The notes beneath the pieces were generated by a model, which did not search any database, had not been told where the DNA came from, and worked only from the letters and a program-made list of their open reading frames with translations. A stretch of DNA of 64,000 bases from Waterburya sp. GTDB lineage: Bacteria; Cyanobacteriota; Cyanobacteriia; Cyanobacteriales; Xenococcaceae. How positions within the stretch are numbered: position 1 is the stretch's first letter; each line of letters begins with the position of its first letter. Below, piece by piece: positions 30,334 to 41,591 of this stretch. Location of the stretch: NCBI GenBank assembly GCA_965217895.1, contig CBDCJV010000002.1, positions 832,001-896,000 on the forward strand. The letters are read 5' to 3'. The translations under genes and the position numbers were made by a program.

Positions 30334-31149
30334 TTACAGTTCCTCAATTTCCATCTTTCTTTTAAGAGGTAACGACATTGGTTTATCATCAGCCTGGGGT
30401 AATTCTATTAGTTCTTTTTCCTTCTGTTTAACTTCTTTGGGTAATAAGATTGGCATAGGCTCTTGTTCGTCTACCCAATAGTTAGATACAGGCAAAGTAT
30501 GTTCTAAATCTTCTAGCAGTCGAGGAATTACCATTACTGCGTGTAGTTCGCCTATTCTTTCTGCTTCCTGCATTCCTGCATCAATAGCAATTGCCACATT
30601 AGCAATTGAACCACGGATAATTGCCGTACACAAACCATCACCAATTTTCTCGTAGGAAGCTAGCTGCACGTCAGCCGATTTGAGCATGGCATCTGCACCA
30701 CCCACCATGGCGGGAAAACCTCTGGTTTCTAATAAGCCAATAGAACGATTGCTTAAGCGACTATAGCCTCTTCTTTTTTGTGTCAGTTCAATTAAATGAC
30801 TACCAATCGGAAAAATTGCCTCTAAATTTGGCATAGGACGGGCAATTACTAACTTAGACACTAGCTGACCAAACTTTTCGGCGGTTTTTGCTCCTTCTTC
30901 TACTGCTAACCGTACATCGGCAATGTTGCCTCTAACTACAGCAGTACAGTATCCACTGCCAATTTTTTCATAACCCACCATGGTCACTTCTGCTGACTTG
31001 AGCATCATGTCTGCCGTACCGACAATTGCAGGAAAACTTTTGGTAGAAACTAACCCCAGCGCGCTGTCTTTGAAAGGATGCTCGCTAGTATAGCTTGGCT
31101 CTTTACTTACCCTACTTAGGGGTGTCTTTCTATATTCTAAATTAGACAT
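30334..31149 (-). CDS. ccmO: Carboxysome tandem-BMC shell protein
   Basis: Two BMC domains (ALGLVSTKSFPAIVGTADMMLKSA; IGLLETRGFPAMVGGADAMLKSA). Confidence 0.88.
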   Translation of the reverse strand: MSNLEYRKTPLSRVSKEPSYTSEHPFKDSALGLVSTKSFPAIVGTADMMLKSAEVTMVGYEKIGSGYCTAVVRGNIADVRLAVEEGAKTAEKFGQLVSKLVIARPMPNLEAIFPIGSHLIELTQKRRGYSRLSNRSIGLLETRGFPAMVGGADAMLKSADVQLASYEKIGDGLCTAIIRGSIANVAIAIDAGMQEAERIGELHAVMVIPRLLEDLEHTLPVSNYWVDEQEPMPILLPKEVKQKEKELIELPQADDKPMSLPLKRKMEIEEL

Positions 31150-31306
31150 TAAGTATTTCTTTCCTCTACAAATGTGCCACGACTAGCAGGTATTTATTTC
31201 TTCATATCCAGTGTAGTCAGAAAAATGAATCGTAAGCTTGCTTTTAGTTTAACTGATTAACCCTAATACAAGTTAAATATTAATGTTGAATATCATATAT
31301 TCAACA

Positions 31307-32821
31307 TTAAATTAGTTTATAATTGGCGATCGCTGTGGTCAATCCTTCTAAAGTAAATTCTTCAGCTTCTAAATCAAATCTGCCCAATAGTTCGCTACAG
31401 GTTTTTGACGTTTGTGGTCCAATTGAAGCAATGCAAACATCTTTTAAGATAGACTGAATATCAGTTTCAGATTGAACTTGTTTTAATAACTGATAAAAGT
31501 TGGTTACTGTTTTTGAGCTTGCAAAGGTTAGCACATCAATTTGCTGCTGTTGTAAAGCCTGCCATGCAGTTTTGTCTATTTGAGCGGGACATTGAGACTG
31601 ATAGGCAGCAACTTCAATTACGGTTGCACCTTGATTAGTTAATTCCTGAACCAATATTTCTCTTCCGCCAGTTTCGACGCGAGGAAAGAGAATCTTTTGA
31701 CTAGCTAAATCTTCAGGAAAATGAGCGACTAAAGAATCAGCTATATAGTCTGGAGGAATAAAGTCAGCTTTAAGATGTTTTGTTTGTAAGACAGATGCGG
31801 TTTTACGACCCACAACAGCAATTTTAATTCCTGCCAAAGCACGAGCATCGTAACCCAGAGTATTCAAGCGATCGCAAAAGTAGTCAACTCCATTAGCAGA
31901 GGTTAAAATAAGCCATTGAAACTGATTGATATTAGCGATCGCCCTATCTAAGTCTGTCCAGCTAGAAGGAGGGGTAATTGCTAAGGCTGGCATTTCAATT
32001 ACCCTTGCTCCTTGTTGTTCTAATAAAGTGGTAAATTTACTCGATTGTGATGCAGCGCGAGTAACTAATACAGTCTTATTCACCAAAGGCAGAGAAGATA
32101 GGGCAGGGAAATCTTGATTAAGTTTCACAACTTTTCCAATAACGATAACTGCGGGAGAAAGAGATACTCCAGTGGTTATTTCTACTATATCGGTTAAAGA
32201 CCCCTGAAAAATTTCTTGTTGTAATCGTCCACAGTTACGAATAATAGCAATCGGTTCATCAGGCGATCGCCCATTGTCAATTAAATTCTTAATAATTTGG
32301 CCGAGAGAACGTCCTCCCATTAAGATTACCAAGGTATCAATGCTAGCTAAAGCTGACCAATCTAGGATATTTGGCTCATGTCCGCTAACCACCGCAAAAC
32401 AGCGACTTAGATCTTTATCTGTCAGCGGAATTCCTGCTAACAAGGGCGCAGCCAATACCGAAGAAATACCAGGAATAAATTCAAAGCTGCAAGCTGCTGT
32501 TTTTAGTGCTGCAACTTCCTCGTTAGCGCGTCCAAAAATTAAGGGATCGCCACTTTTTAATCTGACTATTTGTTTACCCTGAAGACAATATTCTACCAAT
32601 AGCTGATTAATTTTCGCTTGAGGAGTGCTGGCTTTTCCTCCTCGTTTACCAACGCTGATTTTAAGACAATTTTCAGGAGCTAAATTTAACAATGACTTAT
32701 CTACTAAAGCATCATAAATTAATACATCAGCAACAGTAAGTAGTTTTTTAGCTTTAACAGTTAAATATTCTTCGTTACCTACTCCCGCACCGACTAAGTA
32801 GACCTTACCGCCAGAAAACAT
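31307..32821 (-). CDS. cobA: Uroporphyrinogen-III C-methyltransferase / synthase fusion (CobA-HemD)
   Basis: VYLVGAG, RLKSGDPLIFGR, then VLVTRA, LTSANGV, FASSKTV, IGPQTS. Confidence 0.93.
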   Translation of the reverse strand: MFSGGKVYLVGAGVGNEEYLTVKAKKLLTVADVLIYDALVDKSLLNLAPENCLKISVGKRGGKASTPQAKINQLLVEYCLQGKQIVRLKSGDPLIFGRANEEVAALKTAACSFEFIPGISSVLAAPLLAGIPLTDKDLSRCFAVVSGHEPNILDWSALASIDTLVILMGGRSLGQIIKNLIDNGRSPDEPIAIIRNCGRLQQEIFQGSLTDIVEITTGVSLSPAVIVIGKVVKLNQDFPALSSLPLVNKTVLVTRAASQSSKFTTLLEQQGARVIEMPALAITPPSSWTDLDRAIANINQFQWLILTSANGVDYFCDRLNTLGYDARALAGIKIAVVGRKTASVLQTKHLKADFIPPDYIADSLVAHFPEDLASQKILFPRVETGGREILVQELTNQGATVIEVAAYQSQCPAQIDKTAWQALQQQQIDVLTFASSKTVTNFYQLLKQVQSETDIQSILKDVCIASIGPQTSKTCSELLGRFDLEAEEFTLEGLTTAIANYKLI

Positions 32822-33109
32822 AGACTGATCTTTACTTTGAAAGCATCCAAGTTTAAGATAACTCTATTTGCGATTATAAAATCAATAAAATAAAAATCGC
32901 GATCGCGATCAAACAACATTACCGTTAGCTACAAAATTATGCTAATAGTTTTAAAAGCAGTAATTAAGTACGTTTATAGATCGCGTAGACGTGGGCGTAA
33001 ATAAGCTTACTAGGCGAAATGCTGCGAACAGCCTGTAAATTTATTCATTACCTATTACTTATTACCTATTACTTCCGCGTAGCAGTACTAGGCTATCACG
33101 ACAAAACAA

Positions 33110-33781
33110 ATGACCGAATCAACTATCGAGCATAACCATTTAGATTCTAAGCAAATATTAATCTCTCCTGATTTATTATCTTTACCAGATCGACTTCAGG
33201 TTGAATCTTTGCCTCTACAGTTAGGAATCATGGCTTCAGGTAGTGGAACGAATTTTGAAGCTATAGCTAAAGCGATCGCTGATGGTAAACTTAACGCAGA
33301 GATTCAAGTCTTAATTTACAATAACCCCCAAGCCAAAGTTAAAGAACGTGCAGAGAAATACAATATCCCTACGGTATTAATTGACCATCGACAATATCAA
33401 AAGCGAGAAAATCTCGATCACGAGATAGTTGCTGTGCTAAAAGCTTATGGTGCAAACTGGGTGGTCATGGCGGGATGGATGCGAATCATTACTCAGATTC
33501 TGCTTGATGGCTACCCCAATCGTGTAATCAATATTCATCCAAGTTTATTGCCTAGTTTTAAGGGTATTGGGGCAGTAGAACAGGCATTAGCTGCTAAGGT
33601 TAAAATTACGGGCTGTACCGTCCATTTAGTCAGTTTAGAAGTCGATAGTGGCGAAATAATCATGCAGGCTGCTGTACCTGTATTGCCTAGTGATAATTTT
33701 CAAACTCTGCACGCCAGAATACAGACACAAGAACATAATATCTTGCCCCAGGCGATCGCCCTAGCTGTATCAAAATTTTAA
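33110..33781 (+). CDS. purN: Phosphoribosylglycinamide formyltransferase
   Basis: ASGSGTNFEAI, AGWMRI, NIHPSLLPSFKG, GCTVH. Confidence 0.96.
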   Translation: MTESTIEHNHLDSKQILISPDLLSLPDRLQVESLPLQLGIMASGSGTNFEAIAKAIADGKLNAEIQVLIYNNPQAKVKERAEKYNIPTVLIDHRQYQKRENLDHEIVAVLKAYGANWVVMAGWMRIITQILLDGYPNRVINIHPSLLPSFKGIGAVEQALAAKVKITGCTVHLVSLEVDSGEIIMQAAVPVLPSDNFQTLHARIQTQEHNILPQAIALAVSKF

Positions 33782-34117
33782 ACAACATATATTTAACCTA
33801 AATTCTATAAGCTTGATTTTATTAATTATCAATCAACCTCATTTTGCCTGTTAATAACTCCTGCATCATCCCCTGCTTGATGGCTTTGTATTTGTCTGGC
33901 TTTTGGCTTTTTTCTAAGCTTTCTATCTCTGTATCTACATTGCTTAACATAGAGTGCGATCGCGCTAGATTATTATTAAACCTCTAGCTTAGTTAAATAA
34001 AAGTATAGAAACTGCAATTTATCCTATTGATATTATTATTATTACTATTATTATCCACAAAAAATTATTTATAGTTCTTATAGCAACTATGAACTAATAT
34101 TTACTAATATTTTTTCC

Positions 34118-35323
34118 ATGAGTTTATGTATAAACCTCCAATGCAAAAAAGCAAAAAACTCTGATACACTACTTTTTTGTGAAAGCTGTGGTTCAGAACT
34201 TTTAATAGATGGGCGATATCGAGTACAGCGGCTACTAGGACAAGGAGGATTTGGTTTTACTTATGAAGTATTAGACCTCAATTCTAGACCAAAAGTACTA
34301 AAAGTATTGATGGACAATCATCCTAAATATGTAGAGCTATTTCAACAAGAAGCTCGCGTATTAGAAATCATGAATCATCCTGGTATTCCCAAACTTGATT
34401 TAGATGGTTACTTCACTTACTATCCCCAAAGTTGTCAAGAGCCTTTGCACTGTATTGTGATGGAAAAGATTGAAGGCTTAGATTTAGAAGAATACCTTGA
34501 TAAAAGAGGCAACAAACCAATATCTTGTAAACGGGCTTTACGTTGGTTAGCTGAACTAAGCTTAATTCTAGAACAGGTACACAATTTAGATTTTTTTCAT
34601 CGTGATATTAAGCCTAGTAATATCATGTTACAAGCGAATGGTTGTCTAGTTTTAATCGATTTTGGCACAGCGAGGCAGCTTTCTAACAGTTATATTCAAA
34701 AATTCTCGGCAGGTAAAATTACTGGGGTAATATCTAGCGGATATACTCCTATAGAACAAATGAGAGGTAAAGCTGTTAAGCAATCAGATTTTTATGCTTT
34801 GGGAGGCACGATGATCTATCTTCTCACTGCCCTTAATCCTCTGACATTTTATAATGCTCATCGAGACAAAATAGAATGGTCTAAAGCCGTTGAAAATATT
34901 CCACCCGAACTGATTAATCTTATTGATTCGATGATGTCTTCTCTGCCTGCAAACAGACCAACGAGTGCTAGAGCTATTTTTCAAGAAATTGTTAAGATTG
35001 ATTCTAGTCTACAAAGCGTAGAAAACTACTGGTTGAAGCCATCAGGTATTGCATCTTTTGAGTCAGTTAAAGCTCGCAGTCAAACAGCTTTTTCCAATAA
35101 TAATTTGACACAACCAATTGAATCCTATCAACAAGTATCCTCTCAATTTATCGATCTCTGTTATCATAATTTAGCAGAGTTTATTGGACCGATGGCAACA
35201 ATTATTTGCAGCCAAACTTTAGCTGCTAATCCTTATTTATCGAATGAGGAGTTTGTTCAAGCCTTGGCAAAAAAAATTCCCAATGACCAAGATGCTAAAC
35301 AATTTAAACAACGTTTGCTGTAG
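34118..35323 (+). CDS. Ser/Thr protein kinase with an N-terminal 4-Cys motif
   Basis: CINLQC...CESCG; GQGGFG, HRDIKPSN, DFG. Confidence 0.93.
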   Translation: MSLCINLQCKKAKNSDTLLFCESCGSELLIDGRYRVQRLLGQGGFGFTYEVLDLNSRPKVLKVLMDNHPKYVELFQQEARVLEIMNHPGIPKLDLDGYFTYYPQSCQEPLHCIVMEKIEGLDLEEYLDKRGNKPISCKRALRWLAELSLILEQVHNLDFFHRDIKPSNIMLQANGCLVLIDFGTARQLSNSYIQKFSAGKITGVISSGYTPIEQMRGKAVKQSDFYALGGTMIYLLTALNPLTFYNAHRDKIEWSKAVENIPPELINLIDSMMSSLPANRPTSARAIFQEIVKIDSSLQSVENYWLKPSGIASFESVKARSQTAFSNNNLTQPIESYQQVSSQFIDLCYHNLAEFIGPMATIICSQTLAANPYLSNEEFVQALAKKIPNDQDAKQFKQRLL

Positions 35324-35342
35324 ATAAACTATTGTAGTTTAA

Positions 35343-35420
35343 TACTAAATCCTGTTGGCGTAGGTTACTTATATTGTTAAGTAGTAAGTAGTATAATTCT
35401 GACTACAAACCACAAACTTA
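35343..35420 (+). repeat. Dispersed repeat, homologous to 56030-56126 on the opposite strand
   Basis: ctaaatcctgttggcgtaggttacttatattgttaagtagtaagtagta versus ctaaatcctgttgggttaggttatttaactgttaagaagttagtagta. Confidence 0.65.
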
Positions 35421-35442
35421 ATGTTTAAGATATACATTTAAT

Positions 35443-36369
35443 TTATTTTGGTGATTGATTTTCAATCATTTCCATTGCCATTTTCAGACTCACCTTGAGA
35501 CGATTTAAAGAACGAGCTAAAATGCCAATTTCATCGTTACTTTTATGTTTAAACTCAACGCTAAAATCTCCAGTACTTAGATTTTTAGACTGGGAGGACA
35601 TCTTATTAATCGGGTCGGTAATAGTAAATTTAAGAAATATATTTAATAAGATGATTCCTAACACCAAAAAGATAGACACTCTGCCAAGAACTAGCCAGCG
35701 TAAATTTTGGGCTTGTTTTACTACTTGACTTGCAGGAACAGAAATAATCTGCGCTCCTACAATTTCATTCATTTTCCAGCCAAAACCATTATCTGTGCCA
35801 TAGGTAGCAATCTGGCTAGCAGGAGCATTTTTAGGGATACTATGACATCTTAAGCAACTCTCTTGCTTAATTGCCAAAGGACGAGCTATGTAAAACAATT
35901 CCCCTCCTGGTATGGTATGAAAACCATGCTGCTGCAAATCTACCATTTTCAGACCGGCAGAATTAGAGTTGTCTCGAAAAGACTCTATAATTTTAGTTTC
36001 AAACTTGTCTGCTTTATCTCTTAAATTGGTGGGGTTAAGAGTAGCTTCTTTGTAAAAAAACTGGCTGTATTCTTCATTGCTTCTAAAGTTTTCAAAAACT
36101 TCTCGCGCTGAGTAAGCAGGTACAGTTTGGGGTATAAAAAACTTTTCTGTTTCTAGTCTTGACGCTAATTCGGGATTAACCTGAGTGCTAGTATATTGAC
36201 GTACAGAGTTCATAGTTTCGATTAGCAACGATGCTCGGTCAGTAACAATCTGTTCTGCATAGTTTTGCAATATATTAGATAATATCAAGCTGATAGTTAA
36301 GGTTAAAACTAAAAGAATTATGCCTAAAAGAAGATTTAGCTTTGTACCCAAATTAATATTTCTAAACAT
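35443..36369 (-). CDS. DUF3365/Tll0287-like c-type heme membrane sensor with a HAMP domain and no output domain
   Basis: Two TM segments, YKEATLNPTN, CLRCH heme motif, C-terminal HAMP (DEIGILARSLNRL). Confidence 0.85.
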   Translation of the reverse strand: MFRNINLGTKLNLLLGIILLVLTLTISLILSNILQNYAEQIVTDRASLLIETMNSVRQYTSTQVNPELASRLETEKFFIPQTVPAYSAREVFENFRSNEEYSQFFYKEATLNPTNLRDKADKFETKIIESFRDNSNSAGLKMVDLQQHGFHTIPGGELFYIARPLAIKQESCLRCHSIPKNAPASQIATYGTDNGFGWKMNEIVGAQIISVPASQVVKQAQNLRWLVLGRVSIFLVLGIILLNIFLKFTITDPINKMSSQSKNLSTGDFSVEFKHKSNDEIGILARSLNRLKVSLKMAMEMIENQSPK

Positions 36370-36633
36370 AGAGAGTTTTACTTCAAAATGAAGCAAATAA
36401 TATTATTTTAAATCCACAATTCTAAATGTATTAACTAGAACTTCAACAATACATTAGAAATCAAAGCTCATTTTCTTAGCGATTAATAAGTTTAATAAAT
36501 AATAGTAAACTCGGCGTTACCAACTTTACTATAAAGTCGTATGTTTACTTGTAATAAAAATAACTTGATTTGTTGACTGCAAATATTAAATATTTTTAAA
36601 GACTTTTAGCTGAAATTATCGGAATAAATAACT

Positions 36634-37506
36634 ATGAGGCTGCATCGTTTATTGATAATAATACTTATTTTTGGCACAATAACAGCCTGCAATCAAGTAG
36701 AATCAGGGGTATCTCAACAATTAGCTGTAGGTGTGGTAGGTTATGGAGAAGGCGATCGCTCTTTAGATCGATACTCCGACTTACAAAACTATTTAGGTAT
36801 TCAACTAAAAAGCATTATAGAATTAGAGCCAGTTTATAATGAAATTCAAGCTTTAGATAAACTTGCCAAGCAAGAATGGGATTTAGCTTTTACTCCTCCA
36901 GGTTTAACGGCGATCGCAATTCAGCGACATCAATATAAGGCGATAATTCCCCTAGAAGGGGTTGAAGAACTACGCTCGGCAATCGTCGTTAATCAAGACA
37001 GTAGTTTGCAGAACATCAAAGATCTTACAGGTAAAACTATTGCTTTAGGACAGGAAGGTTCAGCAACTAGTTATTATTTGCCTATCTACAATCTTTATGG
37101 TTTGGCTTTAAAAAAAGTGCGTTTTGCTTCTACTCCCCAAATTAGCTTAGAATGGCTCGAACAAAGACAAGTTGATGCTGCTGCTTTATCTTTGCAAGAA
37201 TTTAATCAATATCGCCCAAATTTCCCACAAAAGCAATTTCGCATTATTGATGTTGATACTCACACTATTCCATCTGGTGCAATTATCATTGCTGACAAAA
37301 TCAAGCCAAAGCAAGCTCAAGTAATCCAAAATGTTTTGGCTCAAGCCCCCTCTAATGTTGCTGCTTCTGCAAATTTCTTACCTAACGAACCCGTTCCTCA
37401 GTATGAATATTTAATCAAGGTAATTGAAAGGGTGATACCCATTAGCAAAAGAATCAAAGAGCAGCCAGCTTTATTTTATGACTCCCACAAAAGTTTGGCT
37501 AAGTGA
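36634..37506 (+). CDS. PhnD/SsuA-like periplasmic substrate-binding lipoprotein
   Basis: Lipobox ITAC; DLTGKTIALGQEGSATSYYLP. Confidence 0.82.
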   Translation: MRLHRLLIIILIFGTITACNQVESGVSQQLAVGVVGYGEGDRSLDRYSDLQNYLGIQLKSIIELEPVYNEIQALDKLAKQEWDLAFTPPGLTAIAIQRHQYKAIIPLEGVEELRSAIVVNQDSSLQNIKDLTGKTIALGQEGSATSYYLPIYNLYGLALKKVRFASTPQISLEWLEQRQVDAAALSLQEFNQYRPNFPQKQFRIIDVDTHTIPSGAIIIADKIKPKQAQVIQNVLAQAPSNVAASANFLPNEPVPQYEYLIKVIERVIPISKRIKEQPALFYDSHKSLAK

Positions 37507-37694
37507 ACAGTTATAGCAACTATTTATTATGAAATTGCAGTCACCAAACAATAACTATAATTCTGGCTCATTAGTTATTTAAGTAGAATTGGCAAGTTAA
37601 AGATGAGACTGCTCAAATTTTAGATGATGCTATTGAGTTAATTAAAATTAGCATTGACAATACTAGAAAATATCTAATTTTAATATTTAATACT

Positions 37695-37931
37695 TTAGTA
37701 TTTGTTAAGGTTAATACCCGCTTCTTGCGCCATTGTGCCAATACCTTTTTTCTCTAAAGTTTTGATCGCTTTAGTAGATAAGCGCAATCTTACCCAGCGG
37801 TTACCTTCGGCCCACCAAACTCTTTTCCACTGCAAATTTACACCCTGCAATTTTTTGGTGCGACGATGAGAGTGTGAAACTGCCATTGCATTATTGGCTT
37901 TTTTCCCTGTTATCTGACATTTACGAGCCAT
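37695..37931 (-). CDS. rpmB: 50S ribosomal protein L28
   Basis: [29 protein letters not shown]. Confidence 0.97.
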   Translation of the reverse strand: MARKCQITGKKANNAMAVSHSHRRTKKLQGVNLQWKRVWWAEGNRWVRLRLSTKAIKTLEKKGIGTMAQEAGINLNKY

Positions 37932-38023
37932 AATTAGCCTCTGATTATATATTACAATCCATTATTATAGCCAAAGTTAGACTCAGACCCGAATTTTATT
38001 TTTGGGACTGTATTGTATCGATA

Positions 38024-38470
38024 ATGATAAACAATATTCAAGACTATTATCAAATAAGCGATCGCCAGGCAACTTCAGGACAGCCCACCAAGGAACAATT
38101 TGAGCTAATTGCTAAATCAAGATACCAAATCATAATTAATTTAGCCATGTCCACTTCGACCAATGCTCTAGCCAACGAAGGCGCAATTGTTACTGATTTG
38201 GGGATGGTTTATGTTCAGATTCCCGTAGTCTGGGAAAATCCTCAAATCAAAGATGTACAGCTTTTTTTCAAGACTATGCAATCTTTTGAGGAGAATCGAG
38301 TTTGGGTACACTGCGCCAAAAATATGCGAGTTTCCTGCTTTGTTTATCTCTGGCAAAAATATGTTCTGCAACTATCTGAAGCCGAAGCCAGACCTACCAT
38401 GGATCGAATTTGGCAACCCACAGGAGTTTGGCAAAAACTGATTGAGCAAGCCGAAATCAATTTTAGTTAA
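38024..38470 (+). CDS. DUF442 / tyrosine-phosphatase-like protein
   Basis: TSGQPT, IINLA, VWVHCAKNMRVS. Confidence 0.8.
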   Translation: MINNIQDYYQISDRQATSGQPTKEQFELIAKSRYQIIINLAMSTSTNALANEGAIVTDLGMVYVQIPVVWENPQIKDVQLFFKTMQSFEENRVWVHCAKNMRVSCFVYLWQKYVLQLSEAEARPTMDRIWQPTGVWQKLIEQAEINFS

Positions 38471-38532
38471 ATATGCTGAATATCAATAAATTTTTCGTAT
38501 GGTAAACAGTTGTATCTCGTAAGCGAAAACCT

Positions 38533-39382
38533 ATGAATAAATCCGACCGAGCTTTATTTGATATTCCCAGGGAGATTGTCTATCTCAACTCTGCCAGTAT
38601 TGCTCCTAGACTTAAAGAAGTTTCTAAAGCTGGACATCAAGGCATCGATGTTTTTTCTAGCCCTTGGTCGATTACTCTTGACGATAGGTTTCGCAATCCA
38701 GAGATACTCCGTGAAGAATTTGCCCGTTTCATCAAAGTTGATGCCGACACTGTTGCCCTAGTTCCCTCTGCAAGCTATGGCATCGCGATCGCAGCCAAGA
38801 ACATTCCCCTAGAAGCAAATGCAAATATCGTCGTTCTCGAAGACCAATACCCTTCAAACATCTACGCTTGGAAAAGACGAGCCAACGAATCAAGAGCAAT
38901 CATACGGGTTGCTCAACGAGGGACAAATAATTCTCTGACTGAATCAGTGTTAAACCTCATTGATTCAAATACCGCCGTAGTTACAATTCCCAACTGCCAC
39001 TGGACGGATGGTGAACTGCTTGACCTTGTTGCTATTGGTGAAGCAGCTAGAACTGCGGGTGCTGCATTGGTTGTTGATGCTAGCCAATCTTTAGGGGCTT
39101 TGTCCATCAATTTTGATAGGGTTCGACCTGATTTTGTTGTTTCAGTTGGTCATAAGTGGCTACTGGGTTCTTATGGACTTGGATATTTATACGTTGACCA
39201 GAAATGGCATAGTTGCGGAATTCCCATAGAAGAATCTTCGCTTACCCGTCGGGGGAGCGAGGACTTCTCGCAACTAGCTAACTATGTCGATGAATACCGC
39301 CCAGGCGCACGCCGATTTGACTTTGGAGAGTTCACTCAATTTATTTCAATACCTATGGCTATAGCCGCTATTTCACAACTCA
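38533..39382 (+). pseudogene. Class V aminotransferase (cysteine desulfurase/kynureninase-like), 3'-truncated by IS630
   Basis: YLNSASIAP, VDASQSLG, GHKWLLG; the frame runs into the IS TIR at 39383 and no continuation follows 40543. Confidence 0.82.
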
Positions 39383-40543
39383 TACTAAATCCGATTTATA
39401 AAGTATGTAAACAACAAGCGTTTTTTAGCCAATGATAGTTAGTCAATTTACGAACTTCATCTTTCATTTCACTGACTACACAACAACGCTCAACTAAAAT
39501 GTCCTCTATCTCATTGATAGTTTCAAAATATTGATTTACCAGAGGTTCATCTACTAACTGCCATAACCTTTCGGCTGGCTGTAACTCTGGAGAATAAGGA
39601 GGTAAAAAATCAATCTTTATTCCCTCTGGAATAATCGCTTTTTTGCTGTGATGCCATCCTGCATTATCTTCTATCAAAAGAATTTTTTTTGATTATTAAT
39701 TCCAGCATCAATAGCAAACTGTTGATAAACCAGATTCAGCCAATTTGTATTAACTCTGGGAATTAGATACCATAAAGTTTCTCCAGTTTTTGGCTTAACG
39801 AACCCATAAACATACAACCATTCGTATCGATGTTGTACTATTGCTTCTGGTCGATGACCAACTTTTGACCAAACCTTTTTTAGTATTGGTTTTAATCCTA
39901 CTCTATGCTCGTCGAAAAACCACAGTTCTACCTCCACATCTGGATTTTCTTGTTCAAGTTGCTTAAGTTTCAATGGCAAGTTACTTTTGAACATCTCTTG
40001 CTCTAATTTATTGGCTTTTTTATGTGTTGGTCTTGGACTTTGCCAAGAGTAACCGCACTTTTTTAAGTAGTCCCATCCTCTCTGATTCCCGACTTTTTCT
40101 CTGCCCGTTTCTTTTTCAATCCAGCGAGCTACCTTAGTTCCTGTCCAGATTCCTCCGTCTGGTAACTCTTTGGCGATCGCTTTTGTTAGTTTTTCTAATT
40201 GTGGTTGTGATAGTAACCTTTTTTTTCCTCTAACATGATTGCTGGTTTTATTTTGGCAATTTTTGACCCCTTCCTCTCCATAGAGGTTGTACCGACCGAG
40301 AATCTTTTGAGCATAAGAATAAGAACATCCCACAGCGAGCGCACTATTTTTAATCGTCCATCCCAAAGATATTTTCGCGATTCAGATGCCATCTTCTCAC
40401 TTCCACTGAGTTTTGACTCTTCAGATACTTTTCTTTTAGTTCAGAAGAACTAAAATGTTTTGCTAAATAAGCTGTTTTTGGCATTTAACATTTTTAAGTT
40501 ATTCCTCACTATTTTATACACACTTTGGTAATCGGATTTAGTA
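39383..40543 (-). mobile_element. IS630-family insertion sequence; transposase 40484 to 39396 with two frameshifts
   Basis: TIRs TActaaatccgatt-tataaagtatgtaaa and tttatacacactttggt-aatcggatttagTA; MPKTAYLAKH...; FDEHRVG, DNAGWH, PPYSPELQPAERLW; frameshifts near 40380 and at the A8 run near 39690. Confidence 0.92.
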
Positions 40544-41591
40544 TAAGTCCCCTTTTCTATCTCGAAGAGATGAAAAGTCGCACAACGCGACTCAACGCTT
40601 CGCGTCTGCGACGCTCTGGGCGGTATCCCGCCCTGCATTAAAAGTAGTTTAAATCTACTTTTAATTAAGCTCTGAAGCTCATGACCCTGAAGCTCATAGC
40701 TACCGCGAAGCGGTTTTAATTATCCAAAAAGTAATTAAATAGTTTTTTGGAACTACTTAGCTGACAAAACTTGAGTAAAATGTGAACGCTTAGAAGATAG
40801 ATTCCACTAAGGAAAGGAATAAGTAGTGATGGAGCAATGTGCATATCGTCTGGTGTAATTTAATTATTGTGCATTCAGGTTCGAGCATTGCTGAACATAG
40901 CAGCAAAACTTTAGTAGTAAGAGTTTTTAGACCACTGTTTTTAGATCTCGATCGTAAACCAACAAGACCTGCATAAATCGCTTTGCGGGTTTTACTTCGC
41001 GATCGTAACCTTCAGTACTCAAGGCAAAAATAAGTTTTTGCGACCTAAAGTCGTTTGATTCGAGGTTTTTCCAGCGACCAAGAACTTTGTTCTTTTTTAC
41101 AGTTGCCTGTAGATGATAGCTAAAAGCTAACAGTTTCGTCATAAACGATTCCTATTAAAGCAATACTTGCAAAAAAATGCAACTAAATTTATCTTATGAA
41201 CAATATTGGACTTTGGTGAATCAAAATATATATAACTTAAATCATGATTTTGATATTTTGATAACTGAATATATGCCATAAATCTAATATAATCTTGTGG
41301 TTTTCAATACTGAAAAATAAAGTAAGGAAACGTCAACTATCATTAAAGATGAGCAGTTTACAAGCTAGCGAAAAGCTAGTTATATCTAGAGATAGATAAC
41401 AATTGTTAATTGCAACTAGTAAGTTATATAGACAAGCGATCGCTTTTTTTACCTATAAAATTACGAAAAGTAAATTATAAATTGTCTAAAAGATTTTTTA
41501 TGTATATTCATACTGCATATCTACATTATTTTTCGTGACCTGTAGCAAAATCAGCTTGCGAATAATAATTTTTGTTTAGGGAAAAAATAAA

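Noticed and set aside
40870..40900. ggttcga resembling a tRNA T-loop
   Set aside because: No acceptor, D or anticodon stems could be built around it
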